Below are positions 26,363-38,532 of a stretch of DNA of 64,000 bases, piece by piece; position 1 is the first letter of the stretch; every line of letters begins with the position of its first letter. The translations under genes and the position numbers were made by a program. The notes under the pieces are model-generated. The model saw only the letters and a list, made by a program, of their open reading frames with translations. It did not search any database and was not told the origin of the DNA. The DNA lies in contig NC_068998.1 in the NCBI RefSeq assembly GCF_001194135.2, positions 24,190,313 to 24,254,312 of the forward strand, written 5' to 3'. This DNA is from Octopus bimaculoides (taxonomy: Eukaryota).

Positions 26363-26992
26363 TTTCTTTCATCTCAGCATTTTTAAAAACTGCTGTTGTT
26401 TTATTTTCTTCTCTCTTAGATCGTTGCTCCCTCAACAACAGTACCACATTTTACCATTTTTTTTGTTCCATAACTTTCTCTTCTTCCCTATTCTTAAACC
26501 CCTTCTATCTTCTAATCCCATTTTAAATATCTTTCAAATTTATTCCATTGTTTGAATTATTGTAAATGAATGGATTGGAGGGGAAACCATATCAGTATAC
26601 CCTGCAATGAAACAACCAGAAAAGAACTTTCTGGATGAATATATGAGAGACAAGAGGCAAATAGAACTCTTAGATGGGCTATGAGGTTTTCAAACCAAAC
26701 ATCTACAAAATCAACAAATATTAGAGGATCTCTTGTCATCAAGAGCATCAAATTGCTTCCCGTTAATAGAGCTGAAACACAATAGACCACTAGTGCATGA
26801 TATAGGAGAGATCTGATTCAACAGAAACCATAATAGATGCCACTGAGAAGAGAGAGAAATTGAAAAAAGAAAAGAGAATCAAAGAGATAAGGGTACTGGT
26901 AGTTTATGACCATCTTCTCTATCTTTGACATACTGGAAGTGAGGATGAAAGGTCAGTAGTTAAGAAAGTCAGAGAATGGGATAACATATTGA

Positions 26993-27185
26993 TTTCAAAT
27001 TTTGGCACAAGGCCAGCAATTTCAGCGGCAAGGATGACTTGATTATATCAATCCCAGTGCTTGACTGGTACTTATTTTATGAGCCCCAAAATAATGAAAG
27101 GAAAAGTTGACCTTGGCAGAATTTAAACTCAGAACATAATGACGGATGAAATGCCACTAAGCAAATTGTCTGGCATGCTCACCAC
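26993..27185 (-). mobile_element. Meta-like SINE
   Basis: tttcaaattttggcacaaggccagcaat...gttgaccttggcagaatttaaactcagaac. Confidence 0.88.
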
Positions 27186-27663
27186 CACAATGGGACAACA
27201 TAATTTTGTATGTTCCTACAGGCTGAGATGAACGTTGACAAATATCTATAAGAATTTGGCAAGCAAGTGTGCTAGCTCAATATTTTTGTTTGAGTGTAAT
27301 GGAGAGAAGGAACACTGTTTGGGATCCCTTGTCACTTTGTTATGGGATGATTTTGCCTCGACTCGATATTTATATCAATTACTTCATTATATATCTTGTA
27401 AATGTCATTTGGTTTCATGTGTGCAGCTGTGTCATCAGAAGGAGAATAGGTGTAAACTTGTAAAGTGATGTACAGGTCAATTTTTAGACCAACTTGGTTG
27501 ATAGCTTTGAATGAGGCTTTGTGCTACGTGGCTGGCCATATTAATAAAAATTCAGTTTTGTGGTTGCTTAATCAAGAACTACTCTGATTGATCAGGCAAT
27601 AAAGATTTTCTAGTTATGAGCACGAAGCCCATCTGTATATCTAAGACAACATTGACTAACATT

Positions 27664-27875
27664 GATTTCCAATTTTGGCACAAGGCCAGTAATTTCAGGG
27701 AAGGGAGTAAGTTTATTACATCAACCCTAGTATCCAACAGGTGCTTATCTTATTGATCCCAAATGAATGAAAGGCAAAGTCAACCTTAGCAGAATTTGAA
27801 CTCAGAATGTAAAAACAGATGAAACGCTGCTAAGCATTTTGCCTGGTGTGCTCATGATTCTGCTAACTTGCTGGA
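27664..27875 (-). mobile_element. Meta-like SINE with 16-bp TSD
   Basis: Flanked by aacattgactaacatt (27648-27663) and aacattgactaatatt (27878-27893). Confidence 0.9.
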
Positions 27876-27908
27876 TTAACATTGACTAATATTACACCTA
27901 ACATAGAG

Positions 27909-28118
27909 GTGGTTGCAAGCAGAATCATTAGTCTCCCAGGCAAAATTCTTAGCAGCATTTCATCCCATCTTCACATTCTGAGTACAAATTCCATCAAGGT
28001 CAACTTTGCCTTTCATCCTTCTAGGGTCGATAAAACAAGTACCAGTTGTACACAGGGGTTGATGTAATCATCTTGTCCCCACCTCCAAAATTGCTGGCTT
28101 TGTGCCAAAATTTGAAGA
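27909..28118 (+). mobile_element. Meta-like SINE (head-to-head with the previous copy)
   Basis: gcagaatcattag...ggtcaactttgcctttcatccttctagggtcgataaaacaagtaccag...gtgccaaaatttgaa. Confidence 0.9.
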
Positions 28119-31067
28119 AATATTACATCCAATACAAAGATGTGATTTAAGACGATTTGGTTACCAATTCTATCAGATCTGCTGTCCTTGTTAACATGTT
28201 TTCATTGGCTATAAGCCATGTATTGGTTTACAGCCAATGAAATCATAGCTAACTAATTATTGGAGTTAAGAAATGAAATGACCAATTCATTGAGACATTT
28301 GTAAAGCAGTGTTTTGATCTATGAGGTATTCAGGCTCCCTGAATAGGTTTGTATATTCAAATAAATACAGCTTTTCAAGATCTCTCTTCTGACATAACTG
28401 CTAGCATACTAAACATTGTTACTGTGAAATCATGGGCAAAATTTCATTAAAGTTCTAACTCAAATATCTATTTCATAAAATAACTTACAGCACTTAAATA
28501 TTATTATCAACATTTGTGTAATTAGAAGATATAAATTCTCTTTCTTTATTTAAAATTTATGTAAATTTTTAATTTTACAACTCAAAGTTATAAAATCATG
28601 AAAGAAATTAAAACATAACTATATGCGTATTTTCATAAGCTAGCATAATTTAAACAAGTTCAAAAATTTTTTAGACCACTGAAATTTAAAAGCAAATAGG
28701 CTGAATACTATAGATGTAACTTACACACGCTTATCCATATAGATGAATATACACATATTCACATAAAATATCCCACAAAATATATATGAAATTTTACAAG
28801 TTTCTGTATATTTTCTCTTGTATTTGCAATTTATTTCAGTTTTCAAGATCTTAAACATTCGACTCATAAAATTCTTGTGATCAATTATGATAAAATGAAA
28901 ATTAATGTAAAACTTAGATAAGAATGTATATTTACATTAATTGCTTCAGATGCATTGAAAATATTTCTGAAATATAGTTAAATCATTTTGACAAAGGTAT
29001 GATATGTTAGGATTTTCAATTTCGGTATATGATATTTAAACTTTTTTAAAGGACAAAAAAAGTTTGTCATACTTAACTAGAGGATATTTTGTACTGCATA
29101 ATATCAACCACATGTCATGTTAATAAGGTTTTCCAAATACAACCTCTTTGAAGTAGTTACTCCTCATACTATTGATGTCTTGGGAATGATTTGTTAATTA
29201 ATTACTATCTGATCATTAAGTAATATCATCATTAAAAGAAGGTGGTCTCGTAATTAGATGAAGTCTTTTGAAGTGAATCAGTATGTTTTATTCAAAGAAA
29301 TATATTACTATACATAAAAGTTGCATTGTTGTTCCTGTTGTGTAACTCCGATTTAGCTTTGAATGAGTAATTAATTCTATGGTTTGTCAATAGATAAGAT
29401 ATGACCCAGCACTGCGATGAAATCAATCTCAAATATTATTCTACCATCTTAAAAACACATGATGCATGTATGAAAGTAGAATATCATTATGTATTATGCA
29501 TATATATATATATATGTACGCACACATATACACCCCACCCCACCCCTATATATATACACACACACATATGTATACACAAACATACATGTTTTAAAGTGGG
29601 TTCCTCCCACTAGTGTGATGTGTGACTGCCATTGTCCTGTAGTTGCTGCTTTATGCTAGTAGCCACAATACTTACTAGTCATTGGATACTGTTGTATCCC
29701 TTGGTACTAGAATAGTAATACACTAACTTTTTCTGTCTTACTATCACTTATAGTTCCACAAGACACCGACTAAAACTGTCAAATGCCAACTCTTTGACTT
29801 TTGACCCTCTCTTGAGGACTGGCCACTGGTCTATTTATAATGGCTAACTCCTACCACTTTTAACCAGGTGGGATATACAGTTTCACTATACAACAATACA
29901 CACACACGTGCACGCACACACATACACATTTACATATGTATGTGTATAAACGTGTGGGTGGGCATGCACACATGTGTGTTTACATAAATACATAAGCATA
30001 TTTGCAAACACATGTGTATATACATGTATGTATACATGCAATACCCACACATTCACACATATTCCTATGCTGAGTTGTGTTAAGTGAATGAGAAGGGTGA
30101 TCAATAAATATTATTTTTATAAAAATGAAAATTTGCCTCATGACTTGAGTTCCACCCCACTGATCTTAGTCACATAAAACTTGATTCATGAGACAAACTT
30201 CCAATTTCAGTAAAATATACATACACACACACACACATACATACGTACATATGCACATAAGTATGTATATATGTACATTATCGCATTCTTCATTATTTTA
30301 TTATGGCTTTTAACATCCATATTTTTCATATTGACATGGGTTACATGAAATTTTATTGAGGCAGATTTACTGTCGTTTGTTGCTCTTTCTGTCACCGGCC
30401 CTAACGTGTAAGATATTTTTGAATTTTAACAACTTTTTGTTTCAAATATTTGGTGAACTACAGTGCATTTGTTCACTGGAGAAAATAAACAATTTTACTG
30501 TCTTTCACTTAGAAAGTGCTTATGAAGACAAGCTGAATTGACATTTATGAACATATGCAGACACACAAAAGCATTACAATTCCATCGAGGGAGTATTAAA
30601 TGAAATGTATGTAGGAGAAAATGGAATAGTTTATATGAAAATTGAAGTAACACATGTATTTCTTCGAAAACTGAGTGGTTGGACGTTATAATTGCGTCAA
30701 ATTTGGCTTTAGAATCCACTATTAAACAAAGATGTAGCAATATTTGAAGAGTACCTTTTAAACATCTTAAAAAGAATCAAATTTCATAAGGTGCACAACA
30801 GCTTTCAAAGTAATTTGAATAAGTACTTGATGTCTTGGTGAAAATGAAGATGTATGCTGTCACTGACAAAACAAGGAACTTGTATAGCATAGCAGTTACC
30901 TCATATAAAAAGCTTTTATCAAATGACATAACATTTTACATGAAGTCTAGAAACAAGGTTAATAAGTCTATTCAACTGGAAACCAAAGAGTAGGCAGTAA
31001 AACTGAAAATAGATGATAGGGTAGAATGCTTAGCATCCTGGTCCCCTTAAATACATAATGACTTTAA

Positions 31068-31297
31068 CTTTTTAGCATTCAGTTTATTTTGTCAAATGTA
31101 AAGCATATTTATTCACATTGTTTTGAATTAATTATGGCATTATCTTGTAGTTTTGAGATTTTGATGATGTGATCGTTTATTTTTACAATGACATTGTAGG
31201 ACAGGTGTGGCAGGTGTGAGCTGCCAGATTTTGCTGGATTGAACATAAAATAGGTAGAATATTTAGGATTGATATGGTCAGCTTAAATGCTAAAAGG
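31068..31297 (+). mobile_element. piggyBac-like MITE
   Basis: TTAA|cttttt-agcattc ... aatgctaaaagg|TTAA; same body as 62747-62966. Confidence 0.75.
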
Positions 31298-32071
31298 TTA
31301 AAATAAACTTGAAATATAACCTTAGATATAGTTTAATTAACCCAGCTAACCAAGAGTTAGATATCGTTAGTAAAGAAATATTAGAAGAAAACATTTCCAG
31401 AATGAAAGCAGTCTCATTAAAGTTATGGTGCTGCTTTTCAGAAGTCCTGAAGTGGCTTACAGAATAAAAGAGGGGAAAACTGTAGATTCAAGCAAATAAA
31501 ACTAAATCTTTGTTAAGAGGGCCTTAGATTTTGTGAAAACAATCAATGACTTTAGTAAGTCAAACATTAATGTGATTATGAATGCAAAATAAATCATTTC
31601 TGTTTTTCAATAATAATAAATCACAGGTTCAGAAAGTTAGGAAGAAATTGTTTGATAGTGCTTATATGAAATGAGTGAAATTATAGGTCTACATATATTC
31701 TAGATATTTTGAGAAAAAAGTTTCCTGAAATGGAAGATGGTTTATATTGTAATGACGGCTCAATTAAGAAGTTGAAGCAGTCATAATTGGTGAATTTAAA
31801 GAAAATCTGATGAAATTATTTCAAGAAATAGTACTTTAGTAATTAGTATTAACATAGATACTAGCTTTATCTTTGTTAATTTTTTATAGACTCAGCCTTG
31901 AAACTAGATAATAGTTTCAAACATTACTACAAATCAGAAAAAAAAATTAGTGTGCATACATAGGCAATCAAATAACCTGTCCAAATATCTTGAAGGACTA
32001 AGTGAGTAATAAGTGAGTTAATTAGCGAATATTCTCAATATCTCCACATGGAAAATCTTTTATGGGGGCAC

Positions 32072-32520
32072 CATCATCATCATCATCATCATCATCACCA
32101 TTTAAAGTCCTCCTTCCATACTGGCATGAGTTGAACGGTTTGACAGGAGCTGGCTGGGTGGGAGCCTGAACCATGCTTCTGAGTGTGTTTTGGCATGGTG
32201 TTTATGGCCAGATGCCCTTCCTAACACCAACTACTCTGTAGAGTGGACTGAGTGCTTTTTACATGACATTTGCATAGGTGAGGTCAGTTTTGGCATGGAT
32301 TTTACACCTGGATGCCCTTCCAAATGCCAACCACTCTATAATGTGGATTGGGTGCTTTTTAAGTTACACTTGCATTGCTGGGGTCACCAAGTAGCTTTAC
32401 AGGACAAAGAGTCTTTGAAAGGGGCGGGGAATATTGGTGGAGGTGCTCTTGTGTCAGATGATGAAAGATTAGTGTGACAGTACAGCAGAAACAGATGTCT
32501 TGCTGTAGAGGAGGTGCATG
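32072..32520 (-). mobile_element. (GAT)n-tail SINE
   Basis: catcatcatc...tttaaagtcctccttccatactggcatg...gatgcccttcctaacaccaac; the gatgcccttcc block occurs twice. Confidence 0.75.
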
Positions 32521-32899
32521 GGTACTCAGGCAGAGAGTGGGAGAGAGAGAGTGAGAGAGGGGAAGAGAAAGAGAGTGAGAGTTAACAAGAATGAGTAAGA
32601 GTGAGAGTGACAGATTCTTTGATAGAATAAGATACATAAAAAGCATTGAAATCACACAGCATAAGAATAGGAAAAAGAACTTTTCATTGTACAACCCAGT
32701 ATTTGATCTATCAGTAAAATCTAATGTAGCTAGGGAATTTCTAAATCTAATAAATTGACTATTTAACTATACTCATGCCAGAACATAAGTATAGTTGAAT
32801 AGTCAATAGGCTATATGTTAAGATTAGTAATTTAGCAAGTAAGAAGTTCATCTGTTCTCTGCTGGAAGGCCAAATGAAAACAATAGGCAAGCAACTGGC

Positions 32900-33330
32900 C
32901 AATATTAATCATGCAACAATGGAATTTGTGAAAACTACCCACTAGATAGAACTGTTTTGCATAGGTGATAGTATACAACACTAAAGTAGGAAAAATCAAC
33001 AGGCATGAACTTAAAGTATGTATTGGAATAACTGAAATGATATTTAAAAATCGATTTCATAAGCACAAACATCCCCTAATCAGCTCTAATGAAAAAAACA
33101 CTATAGCATTGTCAAAATTTATACAATATTTATGTGAAGCAAGTCATCAAAATTCAGAACCGTGCAGACGATCATAGAAAAGGCACACCCATACAAGAAC
33201 TGCAGCTTCAAATAAAAATTGTTGTGTGTCTCACTTTGAACCAAAACTTAAGAATTTTGTTTCAAGAAAGTAATGGTTTGTATCAAAGAACTAAAATGTT
33301 ATCACCTTGAATGTATGGAGCAAAGTGTAT
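32900..33330 (+). mobile_element. Penelope-like element, GIY-YIG endonuclease relic
   Basis: ORF 32965-33177: IVYNTKV...KVCIGITEMIFKNRFHKHK...KNTIALSKFI, then IIEKAHPYKN in another frame; matches the PLE GIY-YIG pattern VY...YIG.TE..FK.R...HK......T.LSK.IW.L...W.II.KA.PY. Confidence 0.8.
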
Positions 33331-33854
33331 TTTGTGTAAGTACCATCTCCTTATTTTAGACATTGTTCAAGGAAAAATAAAACATTCATTTCAGTGTGTT
33401 TTCAAAATGATTGTTACTGTTTTTGTAAATATTGCTTGAACTACATAATTTCCTAAGGGGGCAGTTCACAGAGTGACCTGCTTTGTATGAGTTTACAAGC
33501 TGATTACAATTCTAAGATGTTTGGGGTATTCCCGCAAGAGCTAAAAAGGAAATGAAAGTTGTCAGTATGAAGTAGACATTTTTACATCTAATACATGCAA
33601 GATGTTTTACAAAAATAAAAGTAAAGATTTTTTCTAGCTTTCATATATTTAAAATATATTCAAGCAGTAGATAATTAAAAAGAAACATGGTCATATTAAC
33701 AGCTGAATGAGCAGAAACATGGTATGCAGTATACTGGCAATTATGAGCCTTTCAGTTATAATATATAAGGAATACAATACATTTATGTATTGATGTTTTG
33801 TAATTTATCACATCTTATGAATCAACAGAAATTTATTTATACACACGCATGCAT

Positions 33855-33902
<48 letters not shown>

Positions 33903-34264
33903 GTTTGCTTATATATTTGTACATATATAATATATATTTATACATATACATATGCATATATATATATATTTGTCTCCTGATTCATGTACAAAATATCTTT
34001 CCTCCTACTAGCATGGAATGAAAACTTATTATGATAGCCTGAAATTGTAACTACTAGTTTGTAACTAAGTAGTTAATTATTATTAACTACTTAGCATATG
34101 TGAAAGTGGTCATTATTATTAACTACTTAACATAAATAGTTATGTATGTATATGTGTATGTATTATCCAACATGAAATCTCTGTGCATTTTCCTTCTTTC
34201 CATTTTTTCCACTACAATTCACAATGTGGAAATTTTTCTCAAAAATCATTTCTTGAATCTTTTC

Positions 34265-34355
34265 ACTGTGTGTGTGTGTGTGTGTCTGTGTCTGTGTCTG
34301 TGTCTGTCTGTCTGTCTGTGTCTGTCTGTCTGTGTGTGTGTGTGTGTGTGTGTGT
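34265..34355. repeat. (TG)n/(TGTC)n compound microsatellite
   Basis: Direct sequence. Confidence 0.95.
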
Positions 34356-34598
34356 ATTATATCAGTGTATTAAATAAGAGTCAGATTACAATGGTATATT
34401 ATATTGATACTATGATTATTAGGTGTCTTGCATTTCATTTATGCATGTTATCATTTAAGGGTCATGTAGGATTAACATTTATTGTTAGAGTGCAGGGGAA
34501 AATGCCTTGGAGTATATTTTGTTGCTTCTTATGTTCTAAGGTCTAATCCTGCGAAGGTTAATTTCTGAGTTCAAATTCTGTTGAGGTCAACTTTGCCT

Positions 34599-34803
34599 TA
34601 AGGCAGCAAGCTAGCAGAATTGTTACCATGCCAGGCAAAACGTTTAGTGGTATTTTATCCATCTTTATGTTTTGAGTTCAAATTCTGCTGAGGTCGATTT
34701 GCTTTTCAACCTTTCAAGGTCAATGAAATAAATACCAGTTGAGTACTGGGGTTGGTGTATTTAACTTACATCTCCTGAAACTGCTAGCCAAAATTTTAAA
34801 CCA
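34599..34803 (+). mobile_element. Meta-like SINE, preceded by a truncated duplicate of its middle
   Basis: aaggcagcaagctagcagaattg...gagttcaaattctgctgaggtcg; 34560-34598 repeats ctgagttcaaattctgttgaggtcaactttgcc. Confidence 0.85.
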
Positions 34804-34877
34804 ATATGTATCATAGTGTAATAGTTATTACATAGGCTTTATGTATTATATCATAGTATATGTTTCATATAAGAACC

Positions 34878-35210
34878 ATCTATTATAGTGTGGCACTCCA
34901 CCAGTTATGATGATGAGGGTTCCTGTACATCCGACCAATGGAAAAGCCTGGTCATGAAATTAACATGCAAGTGACTGAGCACTCCAAAGACACGTGTACC
35001 TTCAACTTAGTTGTCAGTAATATTCAGCATGACACAGAGTGTGACAAGGCCAATCCTTTGAAATAAAGGTACTACTCACTTTTACCAGCAGAGGGGACTG
35101 GAACAACATGAAATAAAGTGTCTTGCTCAAGGACACAATGTGTTGCCAGGAATTGAATTCATGACCATATGATCATGAACTGAATACCCTAACCATTAAG
35201 CCATGTGCCT
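34878..35210 (-). mobile_element. tRNA-derived SINE: Deu/Nin-like middle plus the tail shared with 104-479
   Basis: Reverse complement: ggcacatggcttaatggttaggg...gaattcaattcc...tgtgtccttgagcaagacactttatttca...ccttgtcacactctgtgtca...ggagtgccaca. Confidence 0.82.
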
Positions 35211-35282
35211 TCACTATTATAGTGTGAGGTCTTTGTATATATACCATGCATTTTAGTGGATAAGCATCATATATTGTATTAA

Positions 35283-35495
35283 AGCAGCAACCTGGCAGTA
35301 TCACTAGTATATCAGACAAGATGCTTAGTGATATTTCTACTGACTCATAACATTCTAATTTCAAACAATGCCATAGTCAACTTTGCCTTCTACCCATCCA
35401 GGGCTAATAAAATAAAAGTAGCAGTCAAGTACTAGGGCTGATGTAGTTGGCTTAACCCACTTCACTCAAAACTGCTGGCTTTGTGCCAAAATTAG
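35283..35495 (+). mobile_element. Meta-like SINE
   Basis: agcagcaacctggcag...gtcaactttgccttc...gtgccaaaattagaaa. Confidence 0.8.
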
Positions 35496-35542
35496 AAAAG
35501 AAATTATTATACAAGAGTCATATAATATATTAAAATAAAATA

Positions 35543-35781
35543 GATGTGCCCTTTTAAAGCGTAGCCAGGCCCATGGGCCCAGTTTCAGTCGTGTACGTGT
35601 TTCCCAGCTGGACTGGACGCCAGTCCATTACAGAGTTACTCATTTTTGCCAGCTGAGTGGACTGGAGCAATGTGAAATGAAGTGTTTTGCTCAAGAACAC
35701 AACACGTCGCCCGGTTCAGGAATCGAAACCACAATCTTACGATCATGATGCTGACACCCTAGCCACTAAGCCACGCACCTT
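35543..35781 (-). mobile_element. tRNA-derived SINE with Deu/Nin-like middle, different tail
   Basis: Reverse complement: aggtgcgtggcttagtggctaggg (A box)...gtttcgattcc (B box)...tgtgttcttgagcaaaacacttcatttcacattgctccagtccactcagctggc. Confidence 0.88.
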
Positions 35782-35817
35782 CAAATATAATATATTACTG
35801 TCTATTATTTTATAACA

Positions 35818-36010
35818 GTAAGGTAGCAAGTCAGGTGAAATGTTTAATGATATTTTGTCCATCTTTTCCTTCTGAGTTCAAACACCGCTGTGGTCAACTT
35901 TACTTTTCATTCTTTCAAGATAGGTAAAATAACTACCAGTTGAGTACTGGGGTCAATCAATTATCCCCCTCCCCTAAATTTCAGGCCTTGTTCCTATAGT
36001 AGAAAGGATT
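35818..36010 (+). mobile_element. Meta-like SINE
   Basis: ctgagttcaaacacc...ggtcaactttacttttcattc...ccagttgagtactggggtc. Confidence 0.8.
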
Positions 36011-36024
36011 ATTTTATAACAGTA

Positions 36025-36232
36025 AAGCAGCCAGCTGCTAGGATTATTAAAGTATCAGAAAAATTGCCGTGCATCCTTTGTTCCAGTAATGAGTTTAATT
36101 CTTACCAAGGTCAACTTTTCATTTCATCCTTTTGGCAGGGGTTAATAACGTACCCTTCAAGTATTGAGTTCATGTAATCAATTAAGCCCTTACCCACTAG
36201 AATTGCTGGTATTATGCTGAAATCTGAGACCA
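36025..36232 (+). mobile_element. Meta-like SINE (old)
   Basis: aaagcagccagctgctagg...ggtcaacttttcatttcatccttt...aattgctgg. Confidence 0.7.
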
Positions 36233-36296
36233 TTATTTTATGATAGTTATAGATTATAAGCATGTTTATTGAAATGTAATTTTTTTTTTACTATAT

Positions 36297-36544
36297 AACT
36301 TGCTTCAGTCATTAGACATCAGCCATGCTGAGGCACCACCATGAAGAATTTTAGTTGAATAAATCGGTCCTAGAACTTTTTTTTTTTTTTTTNNNNNNNN
36401 NNNNNNNNNNNNNNNNNNNNNNNNNNNNNNNNNNNNNNNNNNNNNNNNNNNNNNNNNNNNNNNNNNNNNNNNNNNNNNNNNNNNNNNNNNNNNNNNNNNN
36501 NNNNNNNNNNNNNNNNNNNNNNNNNNNNNNNNNNNNNNNNNNNN

Positions 36545-36584
<40 letters not shown>

Positions 36585-36735
36585 GGATAGGCTTGTTTCA
36601 GTCTCCATTTACTAAGTCTACTCACAAGGCATTGGTCAACCTTATGCTATAGCTGAAAACACTTGTAGGTGCTACGCAGTGGGTTTTAACCATGTAGTTG
36701 AGAAGTAAACTTCTTGTCACACAGCCACACTGCAA
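36297..36735 (-). mobile_element. CORE-like SINE interrupted by an N gap
   Basis: tgcttcagtcattagacatcagccatgctgaggcacc...[gap]...ttcagtctccatttactaagtctactcacaaggc. Confidence 0.8.
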
Positions 36736-37106
36736 TTACATGAATATATTGATTTAAAAACATTTGACTGTCATCACTTTACCCAACTTATGATCACTTA
36801 TCCAGAATCGTGTTGAAATCATTCAGTATATAATTTGAGATGAGCTTCATAAAAACGCTATTGTTTCTCTATTTGCATCAAATGTTTCTTTGTTTGTTTT
36901 TGTGTTTGTTTTGTATTGCTTTTATTGTCAAAATCCTGTACTAATTTAAATAAATTAAATAATTAGAATAACTGATTTATTTTTCAAGTCTGTAACTTTT
37001 TCCGACATCTACTGTAGTACTTAGAGCCATACAGTATTCTTAGATTTTCTGAGAACATAGAAAGTATAAGAAAAGTTGCATAGCCTGTAACCTTCCTCTT
37101 GAAATG

Positions 37107-37170
37107 ATTTCTGCTAGCTAGGTGAAAATTTCAGCTAGCTAGGGGAACATTTCAGCAAGCTAGGTGAAAA
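37107..37170. repeat. Short tandem repeat, about 21-bp unit x3
   Basis: Unit of the form atttcagctagctaggtgaaa repeated about three times. Confidence 0.8.
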
Positions 37171-38152
37171 ACAATGACCTCCAGCAAAGAACGAACATGG
37201 TTTTACTTTATATATTAGAATTTATTATATAAGCATAGACTTGTATTAATGAATATTATTATATAAAAGGCATGTTACTATGAAAAAATTTTTATAGTTT
37301 ATTAGCATCGTAGATTAATATATAGTATGTCAAATATTACATTGGAGTAATTATTACATATGAACTATGTATTTTATTTTGTGTATGTATAGGGTAAAAT
37401 TTAGAGGTATTTCAGTATATTGATTTCAAATTTTGGTACAAATCCAGCAGTGTCAAGAGTTGGGGAGCAAGTTGATAATATCAACCCCAGTATATTACTA
37501 GGTAGGATTATGTGCTATATTAGCACATATATTTTGAGCTATATATTATTTTGTGTATTACAATAGAATAATCTTTATTATATTACATTACACCACATTA
37601 AGACATAATGCAGTCCTTGGACCCTATAGAGCCTATCAAATCATGTAACTCATGCCAGCAAGGATCATGGAAATTAAATGATGATGATGATGGTGATGAT
37701 GACTTTTTTTATTTTTTGCACTAGCTCACATTCGCTTTTGTTTGGTTTAAAATAGATAAACCTAATTTTTTTATCATAAGAAGAGCCCAACAAACCTTTT
37801 CCAAATGCACCCAGCATTGTTTATGCAGTTAAAAGTACTATTTTGAAGTTACACAATTCCAAGTTCAATTCCACATCATCTTGAACAAGTATATTCTGCT
37901 ATAGCCTCTAGTCTGTGAGTAATAATGAGTAGACAGACATGTGAAAGCTAATCAGATGGTCTACAATAATATTTTCGGATGGTAGGATTCATCTATAGTC
38001 CAATTTAAAATCATCCTTTGACCCATGTATGCCTGTAGTAAAAGATATTCTTGGGATGCATTGGGAACAGGTCACTTACTTTTTTAAAGACAAAAGCTAA
38101 GGAAAATATCACATCAACTACCTTATGATCATATATGATCATTCCTCTTATG

Positions 38153-38193
<41 letters not shown>

Positions 38194-38202
38194 CATACAT
38201 AT

Positions 38203-38532
38203 ATGGCTCAGCGGTTAGAGCATTGGGCTTGCAAACATGACGTTGTGAGTTTGATTCCTAGACTGGGCTGTGTGTATTGTTTTTGAGCAAGATGCTTTGT
38301 TTCACATTGCTACAGAAATGAGTTGCAGTGTCACTGGTGCCAAACTGTATCAGCCTTTCCCTTTCCCTTCTACAATATCTGTGGCATGGAGAGGGGTCTG
38401 CATGGGTGACACTGGTATGCATGGGTGACTGATGGTCTTCAACAAAACCACCTTGCTTAGGCTTGTGCCTTGGAAGGTGGCGGAACTTTCTAGGTGCAAT
38501 CCTATGGTCATTCATGACTGGAGGGGGTCTTT
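38203..38532 (+). mobile_element. tRNA-derived SINE, Deu/Nin-like head and middle with a third tail type
   Basis: tggctcagcggttagagc (A box), gagtttgattcc (B box), ttgagcaagatgctttgtttcacattgct; tail ...ctttctaggtgcaatcctatggtcattcatgactggagggggtcttta. Confidence 0.8.
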
